Below are positions 1 through 12,990 of a stretch of DNA of 124,000 nt, in pieces (positions within the stretch are counted from its first letter, which is position 1; the number at the start of each line of letters is the position of its first letter). The notes beneath the pieces were generated by a model. That model worked only from the letters and a program-made list of their open reading frames with translations. It was not told the DNA's origin and searched no databases. Position numbers and translations under genes: made by a program. Source of the DNA: Wallemia ichthyophaga EXF-994 (Eukaryota; Fungi; Basidiomycota); contig NW_008806283.1 in the NCBI RefSeq assembly GCF_000400465.1, positions 20,001 to 144,000 of the forward strand, given 5' to 3'.

Positions 1-927
1 CTAGTTGTGTACGGACGCGAGCTTGTCGTTTCTCGCGCGGCTGACCGAGTAGCGAGATTCACATTTGGAGAGCTGTGCGATAGTGTGAGTGGGTGTTAGG
101 TGTCGGTACTCCCCCTATCTAACGAGACAACAACACAACAGCCACTTGGACCCGCCGATTACTTAGCGCTGTCGTGTGCGTTTCACACGCTTATCGTCGA
201 TGATATACCTGTTTTACATCTTGCACAAAAAAACCAGGCGAGACGGTTCATTACCCTCATAGACGCTCTCTACGAGGCAAAATGCAGGTTAGTGGGATGG
301 GCAGAAGATGACATTACGTCGCTCTTCTTTCCCCCGTCGACGAATAACAAGCACGCAGACGCACGCGACTCGTTAGCGTACGAGAGTGTTTCTGAAGGTA
401 TAGAAGCGCAGTCAGCCCCACATGTCGCTAGTGCTGGCACCGTGAGTGATCTTTTGCCTAAATTTACCCAGACCACCACGCAGCTCGACGGTTTGGGTAT
501 ACTCTCGGGCGAGGATGAGAAATTCGCTTACAGACGGGCTGTTTCGAGATTGAGTGAGATGCGCTCACACAGCTACCTCACTCAACACCCCAATCGGTGG
601 ATCAGCTTGCCCGCGTCGAGTAGAGTGTGGGAGAGGAGTGTTAATGTTACGCGGAGTGTGGCGAATGTGGGGCAGACTAGTAGCACAATGGCACACCCAG
701 CACATTGCGATTTCAGCGACGAATACAGCAATCCCGCTGGCATGTCTCAGCGCAGAAATGCACCAGTCTTCTCGGATAATCACGTCTGGGGCGTGAGAGA
801 TGATCACGGGATGGCGTCGGGAGCGTGGGGCATGGGCAGTAAGGCGTTCGAGAACTCGGATGGCGCGAGAGTGGAACGAGCACGACGCGAACATAGGAAA
901 AGTCAGCGGATGGCTCGGAGAAAATGA
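1..927 (+). CDS. AFG1: AFG1/ZapE-family ATPase, C-terminal part (5' end lies before the window)
   Basis: Motifs LGPADYLAL, HTLIVDDIPVL, NQARRFITLIDALYEAK and EDEKFAYRRAVSRLSEM typical of AFG1-like ATPases. Confidence 0.85.
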
Positions 928-1002
928 ATAAATATGATTGCATTAGTACAACAAGTGAGTGTGAATTGTGTAGTTCTATTGATGGGTGGTTGGTATACAT
1001 GA

Positions 1003-1926
1003 TCACGCTGTGGTCATGGCAGACTGATTCCACCAGTCGCCAGCTGAGGCAGGTGTGGGTGTGCTGCTAGAGTTGACATCCACAGTATTTTTCTTCTTGC
1101 CGCCATTGTTGCTTTTCTTGCCACTTGAACCCTTCTTGCCGCCCTTCTTGGCCTGGAATATCTTAGCTTGTCGAGCAAGAGTAGCCTCCCAGAGGGACTG
1201 GTATCGCTTGTAAACTTCCATCGTAGCCTGTGCATCTATCACAGAGCTGTGTTCGTTCTCCTGAATGTCAATACCCAATACCAACTTAGCCAGTGCTTTC
1301 AATTTCGGTCTTTTAGTTTTAGCTATAGAGTGGAGCTGCTCGTATTTAGCAGTGTCACGTATAGACAGGGGAGGGTGAGTGAGAAGGAGGGCTTTAAGGT
1401 CGTTAGCGATCGCGTGACCGACGAGAATACGATTGTGGAGTAAATCTGAGACGTGTTTTTGTACGTGGGAGAAGGTGGGTGCTTTCTCAACGTCTTTGAA
1501 TGTCACACCACTAACCCAGGTACGAAAATCAGTCACTTTCTCCACTGGACGGACAAAGGTGTCGTAGATGACAGCACCGTGGTAGTTGACGATGGAGACG
1601 CGTGCGAGAACGCTCTCTTCACCGTCTCTACCCACGCCAACCATTTCACAATCCATTGCTAGATATTTGCCTATTTCTGCCTTAATCCCGGAGACTTGGG
1701 TGGGGAGGATGGATGGCGTAGGTTTAGCGAGAGTGGTGTGTGTAGTTTGTATATCCTGTGTATCGTGTGCATCGTTATCGTAATTCGACATTCTCGTCTT
1801 CTTCTCTGTATTGCTACTACTACTAATACTCCCACTGCGTTTACGTTTTGGGTGGTGGTTCTCACTAGCGACAGGCTTAGGCAGTTTCTTCTTAAGGTTC
1901 AGCCAATTGGACGAGGCTTGACTCAT
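1003..1926 (-). CDS. REX4: RNA exonuclease 4 (DEDDh 3'-5' exonuclease)
   Basis: [37 protein letters not shown] exonuclease motifs; basic N- and C-termini. Confidence 0.92.
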   Translation of the reverse strand: MSQASSNWLNLKKKLPKPVASENHHPKRKRSGSISSSSNTEKKTRMSNYDNDAHDTQDIQTTHTTLAKPTPSILPTQVSGIKAEIGKYLAMDCEMVGVGRDGEESVLARVSIVNYHGAVIYDTFVRPVEKVTDFRTWVSGVTFKDVEKAPTFSHVQKHVSDLLHNRILVGHAIANDLKALLLTHPPLSIRDTAKYEQLHSIAKTKRPKLKALAKLVLGIDIQENEHSSVIDAQATMEVYKRYQSLWEATLARQAKIFQAKKGGKKGSSGKKSNNGGKKKNTVDVNSSSTPTPASAGDWWNQSAMTTA

Positions 1927-2008
1927 TAATTTTATCGCTCAAATTTAACCGCGTGGTCGATGGCCGTAGCGGAGAAGACGCTAACGACGATCAAGTTTCT
2001 CGTGAAAA

Positions 2009-3284
2009 ATGGCCAACAAGGAAATTTCATGTGGGGAATGGGTATTTGAGTAGTTTTAAGCCATTGACACACCCACTCACAGCCACCGTACTCCTCGTAC
2101 ATGCATTTTTACTCGCGAACAAACTCGATAAAACTGCAGCAAGGCTCTTGAAGGAGGTCCAAGGTAGTAGCGAGGTGGAGCTCGATGAGGCTAAACTGGC
2201 TAGCAGCAGGGATGATCCCAAGGGCAACCTGATTGTAGAGGCCGTTGCTGCTAAACTCGATCAGGCGAGGAAGGAAGCTGAGCAAGGCGAAGGCAGTGAC
2301 AGTGACAGTGACAGTGATAGCTCCAGCGACAGCTCCAGTGAAGACGAGAAAGTGAAGAAACCTGCTGCTATCAAGTCTTCACCTGCAAAGACACAGGCAC
2401 CTGCTGCACCAGCCAAAAAGCCAGTAAGCAGCAGCAGCAGTAGCAGCAGTAGCAGTAGCTCCTCAGACAGCTCGGATAGCGAGGATGAGAAGAAACCAGC
2501 TGCGAAGAATGTCTCAGCTGCAACGACCCAGACGCAGACAAAGGCACAGGCGGCACCAGCTAAAAAAGCAGCCAGTGATTCTGATTCTGACTCTGATTCT
2601 GACTCTGATTCATCCAGCGAGGATGAAAAAAAGCCAGCTGCTAAAAAGGTCTCACCTGTGAAGGAGCAGGAGCAGAAAAAGGAACAAAAGCAAGCTAAAA
2701 CAGCCGCAGCTAAGAAAGATTCAAGTAGTAGTAGTAGTAGCAGCAGCAGCTCAGACTCGGATTCAGACTCGGATTCGGACAAGAAAAAGAATGACAAGGT
2801 AGTGGCTGTAACACCCTCTGTACCATCATCTGCCACTAAGAAACGCAAAGCTAGCTCATCTAGCGACTCATCAAGCTCTTCAAGCTCCTCAGACTCAAGT
2901 GAAGATGAAAAAACTGACAAAAACACCACCGTCAAGAAGCAAAAAGTGGACGATAACACGGTCGTAGAGAATAAAGAATCATCAACACCAACATCCAAAG
3001 CAGTCACACAAACAACGACAAGCACCAGTAAGCCACAAGGAAAAGGTCAAAACGATCGCTTCAGAAGGGTTATTGCGGAAGATGTTCAATTCCACGATAA
3101 CAGACTTGCAGATAATTCATTCGAGGGTATTGGTTTGTCAGACAAGGATTTCGGTCACAAGGCAGCTTCCGATCTTGCCCCAACCAAGGGAGCAGGTTTT
3201 AGGAAGGAGAAGAATAAGAAGAAGAGAGGTAGTTATAAGGGAGGTGAGATATATATGGGCAGCAATTCCATCAAGTTTGATTGA
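2009..3284 (+). CDS. SRP40: Srp40/Nopp140-like nucleolar phosphoprotein
   Basis: LisH-like N-terminus, alternating Ser/Asp and Lys/Ala/Pro tracts, C-terminal KGAGFRKEKNKKKRGSYKGG..SIKFD SRP40_C motif; ATG at 2009 with a probable short 5' intron. Confidence 0.88.
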
Positions 3285-3305
3285 GTGTAGTGGATTGTAA
3301 TCTAT

Positions 3306-4727
3306 CTATCTATACTGGGTATAAATGGCTATAATGAGTGCAAAGAGTGCGACGATTGCGATAAAGACACCACGGTTGAGGATACGTTCCAATGGCACCA
3401 ACTCCATAACCATGGTAGGTAGAAGGGTGTAACAAGCAGTGAGGAGGACGTGCAGGGCGCGGTAGGTGGTGAAGAGCAAGTTGTGCGTAGACTGCTTGTA
3501 TAGCACAACGATACTCTTAAACGCTACAGCGAAAAAGTGGTAGAAGAGGAGTAGTGGTTGGGGAGTGACAGCGCTGAGCAGTCCGACTGGCCCATTGACG
3601 CACTCACCGCCTTGCAAAAAGTACTCAAAGCAACCCTGACGCAAAACCTTCAAATTCTCGTTATCACCGCTAAATAAATCGTAAAGCGCCATACTGAGAG
3701 TGTTCACAGTACCAGCCGTTGAGCGTCTTTGTGAATCCCAGTTTCTGAGACACCTATGAACGTCTTCCCAATTCCTCAAATCAACACCACGTAGCTCGGT
3801 AGAGAGAGTGTGCACATCTGTCAATGCACACGTCATCCCACCGCCAGTTAAAGGGTGGCGTTGGTTGTGTGCGTCACCCATAAGGACAGTACCACGTCGT
3901 GTATGGCTGCGCTGGGCCGAGGGGCGCATGTAAGTGTTAGGCATAATGCGTAGGCGTTGATCAGGGTCAGCTAGAGCATTCAAGAGGGGTTGCTGGACGG
4001 ATTTGGGGAGATATGGGAGGATATGGGAATGGATGTGTGCTGGTAGCTTTGAAGTGGAGGGACGATCACCGCGGACATCCATCAGAATGCGCACGTCGTT
4101 CTCGCCTATCTGGTAGAGGAGAATGCATGCGTGATCGTCGCCGAGGATGACATTGCCGTGGTGGTGCATGGGGAGTTGACAGTCGTGGAGAATCAAACCG
4201 ACGAACCAGGAGCAGGTTCTTGGAGGATTAAGCTTCTTTAAAGCGGATTTGCGGAGGTTAGAGAAGCAGCCGTCAGCGATGAAAGTGAGCGGGGCAGTGA
4301 ATGATTGTGAATCTGAAGTGATAATACCGGTGACAACATCGTTATTGATGGAAAGCGATTTAACAGTGGCTTGTAGAGTTTGTACACCTTGCTGTGACTT
4401 TGAAATTCTTCTCAATTGCTGTATAAATCTGCCATGATGAAATGATCTTCCTTGGTGGGGAATTGGGTACGGGATTGGAACTTGGTGGTTGTTGTAAATG
4501 ACGCAGTAACCGAGTACTGGGATGCTATCAATACCCTCTAAAGCTTGTTTAAACCCGAGTTTATCTAAAGCTACAACGCCACCTGGCTGGAGTAATTCAC
4601 CAACAATTCTATCTGGCTCTGACCAATCACGTTCAACGAGCAAAACACTGTTACCCTCTCTAGCCAACGCAGCAGCTAGAGGAGGACCAGCGATACCAGC
4701 ACCAACGACGATTGCGTCGAATGACAT
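3306..4727 (-). CDS. ERG1: Squalene epoxidase
   Basis: FAD-binding GAGIAG, RIVGELLQPGG, GDAHNQRHPLTGGGMT, C-terminal TM helices; first ATG at 4727. Confidence 0.95.
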   Translation of the reverse strand: MSFDAIVVGAGIAGPPLAAALAREGNSVLLVERDWSEPDRIVGELLQPGGVVALDKLGFKQALEGIDSIPVLGYCVIYNNHQVPIPYPIPHQGRSFHHGRFIQQLRRISKSQQGVQTLQATVKSLSINNDVVTGIITSDSQSFTAPLTFIADGCFSNLRKSALKKLNPPRTCSWFVGLILHDCQLPMHHHGNVILGDDHACILLYQIGENDVRILMDVRGDRPSTSKLPAHIHSHILPYLPKSVQQPLLNALADPDQRLRIMPNTYMRPSAQRSHTRRGTVLMGDAHNQRHPLTGGGMTCALTDVHTLSTELRGVDLRNWEDVHRCLRNWDSQRRSTAGTVNTLSMALYDLFSGDNENLKVLRQGCFEYFLQGGECVNGPVGLLSAVTPQPLLLFYHFFAVAFKSIVVLYKQSTHNLLFTTYRALHVLLTACYTLLPTMVMELVPLERILNRGVFIAIVALFALIIAIYTQYR

Positions 4728-4758
4728 ATGATGGTGGTTGAAGATCAACTACCACGGC

Positions 4759-5599
4759 ATGTGAGTTGTGTATTTAGATAACAAACCAAATTGATTAAAA
4801 AACTTCAAGGTCAGAAATTAAACTAGAATCTTTATTGGATTTATTAAGAAGATTACCTCCGCAGAAGATAGAAAGTAATTTGGGTGATTTGACAAAGTTA
4901 CTTAACGATGATTTGGATACACAGGATGAGTTTTTAGGTTGCGTGGATAAACCTTTAGAAGTACGCGTAGATAGCTCAAACAGACAATACCTCATTTGCG
5001 ATTACAACAGAGACGGTGACAGCTATAGGTCACCTTATACCAATCAATACCTTCCTCGCCTTACTGATGGCAGTCTCCCTTCCCCGCAACTCCGTCAACT
5101 CGAACAAGGATTGAATCAAGCTTTTGAGACATACAGAGACATGTACTTTGAAGGTGGCTTATCTTCTGTCTATCTTTGGGATTTGGATGGTTCTGCTAAC
5201 TTTGCAGGCGTTATTCTCATCAAGAAGGAGGTAGACGACGGCTGCTGGGATAGCGTACACGTTGTTCAAGTCAGTACACACGGTAGAGAATCCAATTACA
5301 AGTTGACTACGAGTGTTATATTGTCTTTAAGCGATGCTGATTCTAATCTTAGCGGCAGTCTCACCAGACAATGCGAAATTAACTCCTCGATCCCTTCAAG
5401 CTCATCGCATATCGCAAACATCGGCAAACTCGTTGAAGAGCATGAGAGGGGTATTAGAAATAGCTTGGCTGAGGTTTACTTGGGTAAAACAAAAGATATT
5501 CTTAACCTTTTGCGTATCTTTAATGGCAGAGGTGAGGAGAGTAGGAAGTTATCCCTACAACACGAGTTATTAGGCAGGTTGAAGAATAAATCTACTTGA
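4759..5599 (+). CDS. CAP2: F-actin capping protein beta subunit
   Basis: LDLLRRLPP, CDYNRDGDSYRSP, YFEGGLSSVYLWD motifs; start codon split AT|G by intron 4761-4809. Confidence 0.93.
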
Positions 5600-5637
5600 T
5601 TTTAAAAATCCTATGTAAAAATCACATTCATTTCTCA

Positions 5638-5958
5638 TTATACACCCTGCTCATGCCTTTCTTTAGACATTCTATGGACATATGTTGTGGAAATGATGTT
5701 GACTAGGCAAGTTTAGCATATAAATCGCTTCAATGCACACCACTCACATGCCTCCATATACCTCTGCATACAGTTGTTTAAACAGCCTTCTTCACCACTG
5801 GATAACGCATTGGATGGCTTCAGTATACATTTACTGTAACATTGATTGTTCATATTATTTATCAATTGTTGAGCATTAGCTAAGGCGCTTGCTTGCTGTA
5901 TTTCATCCTTCATTTTATTCACATCTGGCTGCTTTTTTGAGGCACCGAAGAGCGACAT
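5638..5958 (-). CDS. TIM13: Mitochondrial small Tim chaperone Tim13
   Basis: Twin CX3C motif (CYSKC...CLNNC), ALANAQQLIN; one GTGAGT..TAG intron gives MEAFNIISTTY ending. Confidence 0.85.
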
Positions 5959-5986
5959 GGTGGTGTATGAATAAAGAAGTTTATCT

Positions 5987-6784
5987 TCACCAATTAACTC
6001 GATTTCCACTAAGCGTCTCACCTGGACTGTTTACTCTCTCTGGAGGCGTCTTTGGGAGCTTATTCACTCCCCATAATCCAGCACTGCCCGTTCTTTCCAT
6101 CAAGTTTATAGATTTTGGTTGAATTTTTGACCTCATTGAGGTATTCTTGTTGAGTTTATCGTTTGTTTCTTTGATAAGGTCTGAAATTAGTGTGTTGTAT
6201 GTTGTATTGTCGTTCTTTAAGCTGTCCAAGTGCTCGAGGTTGTAAGTGAGTTGTGCGTTGATTGAGTGTTCATGTGCTTGTAGATTATCACGCATCTTCA
6301 CCAGCACACCCACATTAACCAAGTTAAGTGTATTCAAGTCCACTCTATCTATCTCATCTGAAACACCTTCAATATCAATATCTGGATCTTTACCTAGTTG
6401 TGGCTGTGTCTCAATTGGTTTAATTGGTAAAATCTTCTCATTTGGGTTTATTGATAATTGTAATGGTGGCAACTTGTTCAAACCAATCTCATCCAAATTT
6501 AAAGGTTTCCCCAATGTTTGAAGGTATTGTCTACGCGTGAGCGAGTAAACGAATTCAAGTGGATTTGGTGGGTGGGTTGTGTGTAGCTGTGTATAAATAC
6601 TTCTTGCACTATTTGTTGTAAGAATCTGGCTATTAAAATCTACTTGTCTTTCTGGAATAACTTGTAACTCGGGTGATTGCAAATCCAACTCCAAATCAAC
6701 GTCAACTTGGTCTCCAAAATCTCCAAAATCATCTCCAAAGTCGTTTTCCTCAAAATCTTTAAATTCTTCGGAAGTCTGGCTCAT
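5987..6784 (-). CDS. Laa2/DUF5102-like AP-1 accessory protein
   Basis: Acidic N-terminus with DFGDDFGDF (FGxF gamma-ear-binding-type) motifs; SLTRRQYLQTLGKPLNLDE resembles the DUF5102 core; C-terminal coiled coil. Confidence 0.55.
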   Translation of the reverse strand: MSQTSEEFKDFEENDFGDDFGDFGDQVDVDLELDLQSPELQVIPERQVDFNSQILTTNSARSIYTQLHTTHPPNPLEFVYSLTRRQYLQTLGKPLNLDEIGLNKLPPLQLSINPNEKILPIKPIETQPQLGKDPDIDIEGVSDEIDRVDLNTLNLVNVGVLVKMRDNLQAHEHSINAQLTYNLEHLDSLKNDNTTYNTLISDLIKETNDKLNKNTSMRSKIQPKSINLMERTGSAGLWGVNKLPKTPPERVNSPGETLSGNRVNW

Positions 6785-6836
6785 TTTGGTGTAAATCGAC
6801 TCTTGAATCGTGACGGTGACTAGCTGGCTGACTGGC

Positions 6837-9800
6837 ATGTCAGAAATAACAAATCTAAATTCTTTAATAAAGGTGGATAGTGATGGCGGTGTTTTGTGTC
6901 CCAATTTAGACGATATACACGCTTTACTCCAATCAAGATTTCGCGTAGATCTCCCTTTCACGAAGCTAGGATCATCTACGCTGATATCTGTAAATCCCTT
7001 GAAGCAGCTTCAATCTTACAACGCTCAATCTCAAATTGAGTATAAGCAGAACACTTATCTCCCTAGCCACTCTATTCTTCAGCCACACGCCTATGATTTG
7101 GCTAGCAGGGTTTTACTATCCTTGAAGCGCAAAGGTGTCAGCCAGGCTGTTATTTATGAGTGGGTGGTAGTTTTTGGCTGTTGGTTGTTGCGTATTCTGA
7201 CTCCTCTTCAAGTGGTCTCGCTGGTTCTGGTAAATCATACAACAAATCGCTCATAACCAATCAACTTCTATTTCTATCCAATAACTCTTTAGGATCTAAT
7301 CAGCTGATTGAAAAGATTAATTCTCTCCACACTATCATCAGCTCGTTCGGTAATGCTAAGACTAGCCTCTCTTCAAATGCCACCAGGCATTCCCTTCTCC
7401 ACGAACTACAATTCTCTAAAGCTGCGAAACTTATTGGCTCTAAATCCCTCCTTTTCAACCTTGACAAATCTAGAATTGGTCATTTGGCTCCTGATGAGCG
7501 CTCGTTCCACGTCTTCTATCAGTTCCTCGCAGGTGCTCCACCCAACCTCCAAGAACTCTATGACTTACAAGATCCAAGCTCATACGCTATGTTAGCTTCC
7601 AGTGGCTGCTTCAAACTCCCCTTTGGCCCTTTCTCTGATGACCACGCTGGCTATAACGCTCTCTATGATGCTTTCATTACTCTGGGTTTCAGGCAAAAAC
7701 ATATAAACTCTATTTGGAGCGTGATTGTCGCTATTCTAACTCTTTCTAATATTGAATTCATCGATACTGAATCGAGAGACTCTTCTGCCACCGTTCTGTC
7801 AACCCATGAACTTCAACTTGTGGCCCATTTACTCGGCATTGAGCCAGATGAACTCGAGGTTTTACTCGTCAATAGAAGCTTCTATGTAAAGAAAGACATA
7901 AGTACCCACCTCCTTGACTCAGCCGGTGCTGTACGCCAACGCGATCACCTCATCCAAGATCTTTATGCTATTTTATTCACTTATATCATTGAATCTGGCA
8001 ATCACAAGCTCGTTAATGACAAAAGTGCCTTGCAGATTCTTCAATTAGATATTCCTGGTTTTAACAGCAAATCACCCACAAATTCAATCATGTCGAGACA
8101 TTCATACCCACTCATCAACTCACAAACGTGCAATTTCAACGATTTCACTATCAACTACTCTTCTGAACTCGTCAATGCTTATTTGATGAGAAGAGTGTTC
8201 GATGATAGCAATTCTTACAATGGTATCCAAATCAACGATGGTTTGCAATTTCTTGATAAGTACCATGATGCTACTACCAGCGACGCTCTCCATTTGTTAC
8301 GTGGCTCTCCCACTTTTCCCACTTCTCATCCTCCTCCAGGGAAGCCTTTGGGTGTCTTAGGGCTCCTCAACCAGTCAGGAAGGCAGATTATGAGTGGAGC
8401 GCTGCTTGAGAATAGAGCTGACGATGCATTTATCGCCTCATTAAACAATAACTTCCACTCTCATAAAGCATATGAATTCAATCCACCAGGATATGGCAAC
8501 CCACCCACTTCACAATTCACCATTAATCACTGGGGAGGAAGTGTTAGCTACGAGGTGCATGAGTTCATCCACCGCGATCAAGATAGGTTGGATCCGATGA
8601 TAGTATCAACTCTTCGCTCATCGAGTAATTCATTCATCAGCAAACTGTTTAGTGGTCCCTCCATTTCCATCAAGATGCATCCAGTTGACGAGGAGACAAT
8701 AGCAGACTCACAAATCTCCACTGCACCATTGAGGGAAGTGTCTTCAATAAGCCATCCCGTCGATGGAGGACTATCGCAATCAACTCAGCACCAACTCAGC
8801 AGCCACGACATACACCCCGTCTCCACCCAGCTCGATTCGACGTATGGCGGCATACTGAATGCCTTTGACAAATGTCAGATGTGGAGTGTTCTCTCACTCC
8901 GTCCGAACGACAGTGGCTCAGCGAATGCCATCGACAAGCGCAGACTGCGCTGGCAGCTGGAGCGATTGCGAGTGGGCGACATTGTTGAACGTAGGCGCTC
9001 CGACTACGTTTCTCACTACCCCTTCGAAACATTTTGCACACGCTATATTTCAGGCGAGGCGGTGGATGATCCAGACATCGCTAGAGTGGCTGCACAGACG
9101 TATCTCACTGAGAACGATTTCGGCGAAGGGCTCGATTATGCACTGGGCAATGAGTGCGTGTGGCTTAGTTACGCTGCGTGGAAGATACTCGAGGATGGAA
9201 TACGCGAAGGGGAGCATGACTACGACTATGAGGAGGAGGAAGAGGACGGGCGTGATAGCTTTGGCGAAGCGCCCAAGGAAATGGCAGTCGATCCTCACTC
9301 CCACTCCAACACGCGCGCTTCAACTAACTTTGTCCCGATGAATGCGGCCGTTACTCCAAACACACCTCAAACTCCGCACGATGCGGACGGCTACGCATAC
9401 CCCTTCCCCCAAAGCGGCTATGCGCCCGTCGACGAGCACACGCCGTCGTACGCGAAGCAGGAGTTCGCAGACGCCCAGACGCCCGGGCTGCAGTATGAGT
9501 GGGGAAGCGATAAAGGGGAGACTATGAGCGAAAAGAGCGACAAGTCTGGCGCAGATTCCTTCGTCGCACACCGTCAACACGACGTCCAGAAAGCGCCGCG
9601 CAGCCCTTCGAGACGCTTCTGGGTAAAGCTCGTCTGGGCGTTTACCTGGTTCGTCCCGTCGCTCCTCCTAACGCATGTGGGCAGGATGAAGCGTCCGGAT
9701 GTGCGTTTTGCATGGCGCGAGAAACTCACTCTGTGTATGCTCATCGCACTTTTTTGCGGCGCTGTCCTCTTCTATATTATCGGCTTCGGGAAGGTCCTCT

Positions 9801-12800
9801 GCCCTAATTATAACAAGGCGTGGAGTGATGGCCAGCTAGGATCGCATGCGTCAGACGATGACTTCTGGGTTGGTATCCAGGGTTCAGGTAGGTGCAGAAG
9901 GTACTAAGCTAAACTCGCTCAACTAACTCAAACCCTCCTCAGTCTACGATATCTCCGACTTCTGGAGGACTAAACACTCGGACATAGAGTCACGCCCTGT
10001 TACATCGGAACAGATGAAGCAGCTCGGCGGGCGCGACCTCACTGATTACTTCCCTCCACCACTCGAATGGGCTTGCGAGGGTCTGACGGATGGTGACATA
10101 CCCAACTACGATCCCGGAAGCAGACTACTTGCCGTCCCAACTGCCGACCATAGCTCAGGAACCGAGTACGAACTCAATGAAGACTCAGCACTCCAGTCGT
10201 CCACCTGGTACCCCGATAACTTCCTTCCCAAGATGAAACCCATGTACAAGGGTTTGTTTGTGATTCAGAAGGAGGACGTACAGGAGGACGGCTTTAAGCG
10301 TGACAAGCAGAAGGCTATGTATGACGGCGGGGTTTACGACCTAAGTGCATACCTCTCCACCGTCAAGTACTACTCTTCGACGAATGATGCTGTGCAATTC
10401 ATGGACGAGAGCGTCACCGATCTTTTCAAGGAGAAAGCGGGGCAGGATATTACGAAGGAGCTCAACGAGGTGTTGGACGGCATGGACAACACGCGCGCCG
10501 ATCAGCACAAACAGTGTCTTAAGCGCAGGTACTATCTCGGCGACGTTGATTTCAGAGACACGCCCAGATGTCAGGCGCAGAACTACATCCTGCTCTCCTT
10601 CACCGTATTTCTCTGTTGCATTCTCCTTGTCAAGTTCCTAGCGGCGCTCCAGCTCGGCAGCAAGCGCAAACCGGAGCCACAGGACAAATTTGTTATATGT
10701 CAGGTGCGTGTGGTTTGTGCGTTATGCACCGTGCATTTTGCTAACATATACATAGGTTCCCGCTTACACTGAAGGTGAGGATTCGCTGAAGAAGACGATC
10801 GACAGCTTGGCCGGGTTGGAGTATGACGACAAGCGCAAACTCATCCTCGTAGTGTGTGACGGCAACATTATTGGTGGTGGGAACGACAGAACAACACCGC
10901 GCATAGTTCTCGATATATTCGGTGTCGATCCTGAAATCGACCCTGAGCCACTGATGCTTAAGTCTCTCGGCGAGGGCGGCAAGCAGATGAATTACGGCAA
11001 GGTGTATTCGGGGTTATATGAGTACGAGGGGCATGTTGTACCCTTTATGGTGGTTGTCAAGGTCGGTAAGCCTACCGAGCGGTCCAGACCAGGCAACAGA
11101 GGGAAGCGTGATTCACAGATTCTCGTGATGCGCTATCTTAACAGGGTGCACTTCAGCGCACCTATGTATCCACTCGAGCTGGAGATGATGCACCAAATGA
11201 AAAACGTCATCGGGATCGATCCGAGCTTCTACGAATACATACTCATGGTGGACGCAGATACATCCGTCACGCCAGAATCGGTCAATCGACTGGTTGCACG
11301 ATGCGTTGACGACAGCGCGATTATCGGGATTTGCGGTGAGACGAGGTTGGACAACGAGGAGCAAAGTTGGTGGACTATGATACAGGTGTATGAGTACTTT
11401 ATTTCCCACCATCTAGCCAAGGCGTTCGAAAGTCTGTTCAGTACTGTCACATGTCTTCCAGGGTGTTTCTCTATGTATCGCATTCGCACTGACGATAAAG
11501 GAAAGCCGCTGATCATCTCGACGCGTGTGATAGAGGACTATGCGGAGAACAACGTGGATACCTTGCACAAAAAGAATTTGCTCTCACTCGGTGAAGATCG
11601 TTACTTGACTACTATCATGCTCAAGTATTTCTCTGCATTCAAGATGAAATTCACCCAGGACGCTATTGCTCACACTGCAGCACCTGAGTCTTGGTCTATC
11701 CTTATGTCACAGAGACGTCGGTGGATCAACTCGACAGTACATAACTTTACTGAACTCATTAACCTTCCTGATATTTGCGGGTTCCTTTGCTTCAGTATGC
11801 GCTTTATCGTCATCATTGATCTTATCTCGACCATTCTATTGCCGGCAACCGTCGTTTATCTCGTCTACCTGATCACGATTGTCGCTTTGGGTCAAGGACC
11901 GTTCCCCATTATCACGATAATCATGTTAGCTGTGAGTGAATAGTTGGAGGTGATGATGGCATTACCTTCTCACTTTAACACCTGATCAACTTCTAACACT
12001 CCTCAGGCCACGTACGGCTTCCAAATCGTCATCTTCCTCCTCAAGCGCGAGTGGCAGTATGTAGGCTGGATGATCATCTACCTGCTCAGCTACCCCCTGT
12101 GGTCTTTCTACCTGCCGCTGTACTCGTTCTGGCATTTCGACGACTTCGGATGGGGTACGACGCGCGTTGTGATCGGTGAGAAAGGGTCGACCAAGATCGT
12201 CGCTACTGACGAAGAACCCTTCGACGAGTCGCAACTCCCTCTCAAGACATTCTCCGACTACGAAACAGAGCTGTACACTAAGACAGGCGGCACTAACCCC
12301 TTTTCCGACAGCCGCGGCATGGCTTCTACTATTAGTGACTTCCAGTTCCCACCGCCACACGCAAGTATGCATATGGGCGGTGGTGGGGGTGCGATGAGTG
12401 CGATGAACGGGATGAACGCCCGTTCTAACACTCCTGCTTATACCAACGCCGGCGATATGCCGCGCCCATACTCAACTTACTCCCTCGCTACCAACAACCT
12501 CGCTCCGAACATGCCGCACATGCAGAACATGCCGAACAATCCGTATGGAGCAGCGTCGGCGTACAACCCCACCATGAGCCACATGAGCATGGGCATGGGA
12601 ATGGGAATGGGTATGAATCCTTATCAGTCAATGTACGGTATTAGCGAGGCGCAGCTGCTGCCACACGCACAGATGCACGCACATACACAAGATCAAGATA
12701 ACTCGCCACACTCCAATTCAGCTGCTTCCAGACCTCCCTCTATGTTCTCGGGCGCGGGGCAGGCTGCATCGGACTTCGGTGCGAGCGTTGCTCCCAATCC

Positions 12801-12990
12801 CATCTCCGACCCCTCGGACGAACAGATTGTCCTCGCTCTCAGACAGTACCTCGCTACTACTCCCCTCATGCAGGTCACGAAACGCACCGCAAGAGATCAT
12901 GTAGCTAAGCGCTTCCCTAATGCCGACGTGGAGGCTAGGAGAGACACTATCAATCACTCTATTGACGCTATTCTCGAAGGTAGAATTTGA
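6837..12990 (+). CDS. Class V myosin-motor-domain chitin synthase (multi-exon)
   Basis: Myosin head with P-loop GLAGSGKS and DIPGF switch, cytochrome-b5-like segment, CHS core ([25 protein letters not shown]), C-terminal DEK_C-like domain; exons match ORFs 6810, 7160, 10014, 10807, 12070. Confidence 0.93.

Noticed and set aside
2261-3025. Long antisense ORFs (also 105645-106688, 56721-57302, 112899-113636, 78889-79590)
   Set aside because: Shadows of low-complexity or biased-codon genes on the opposite strand; no independent motifs
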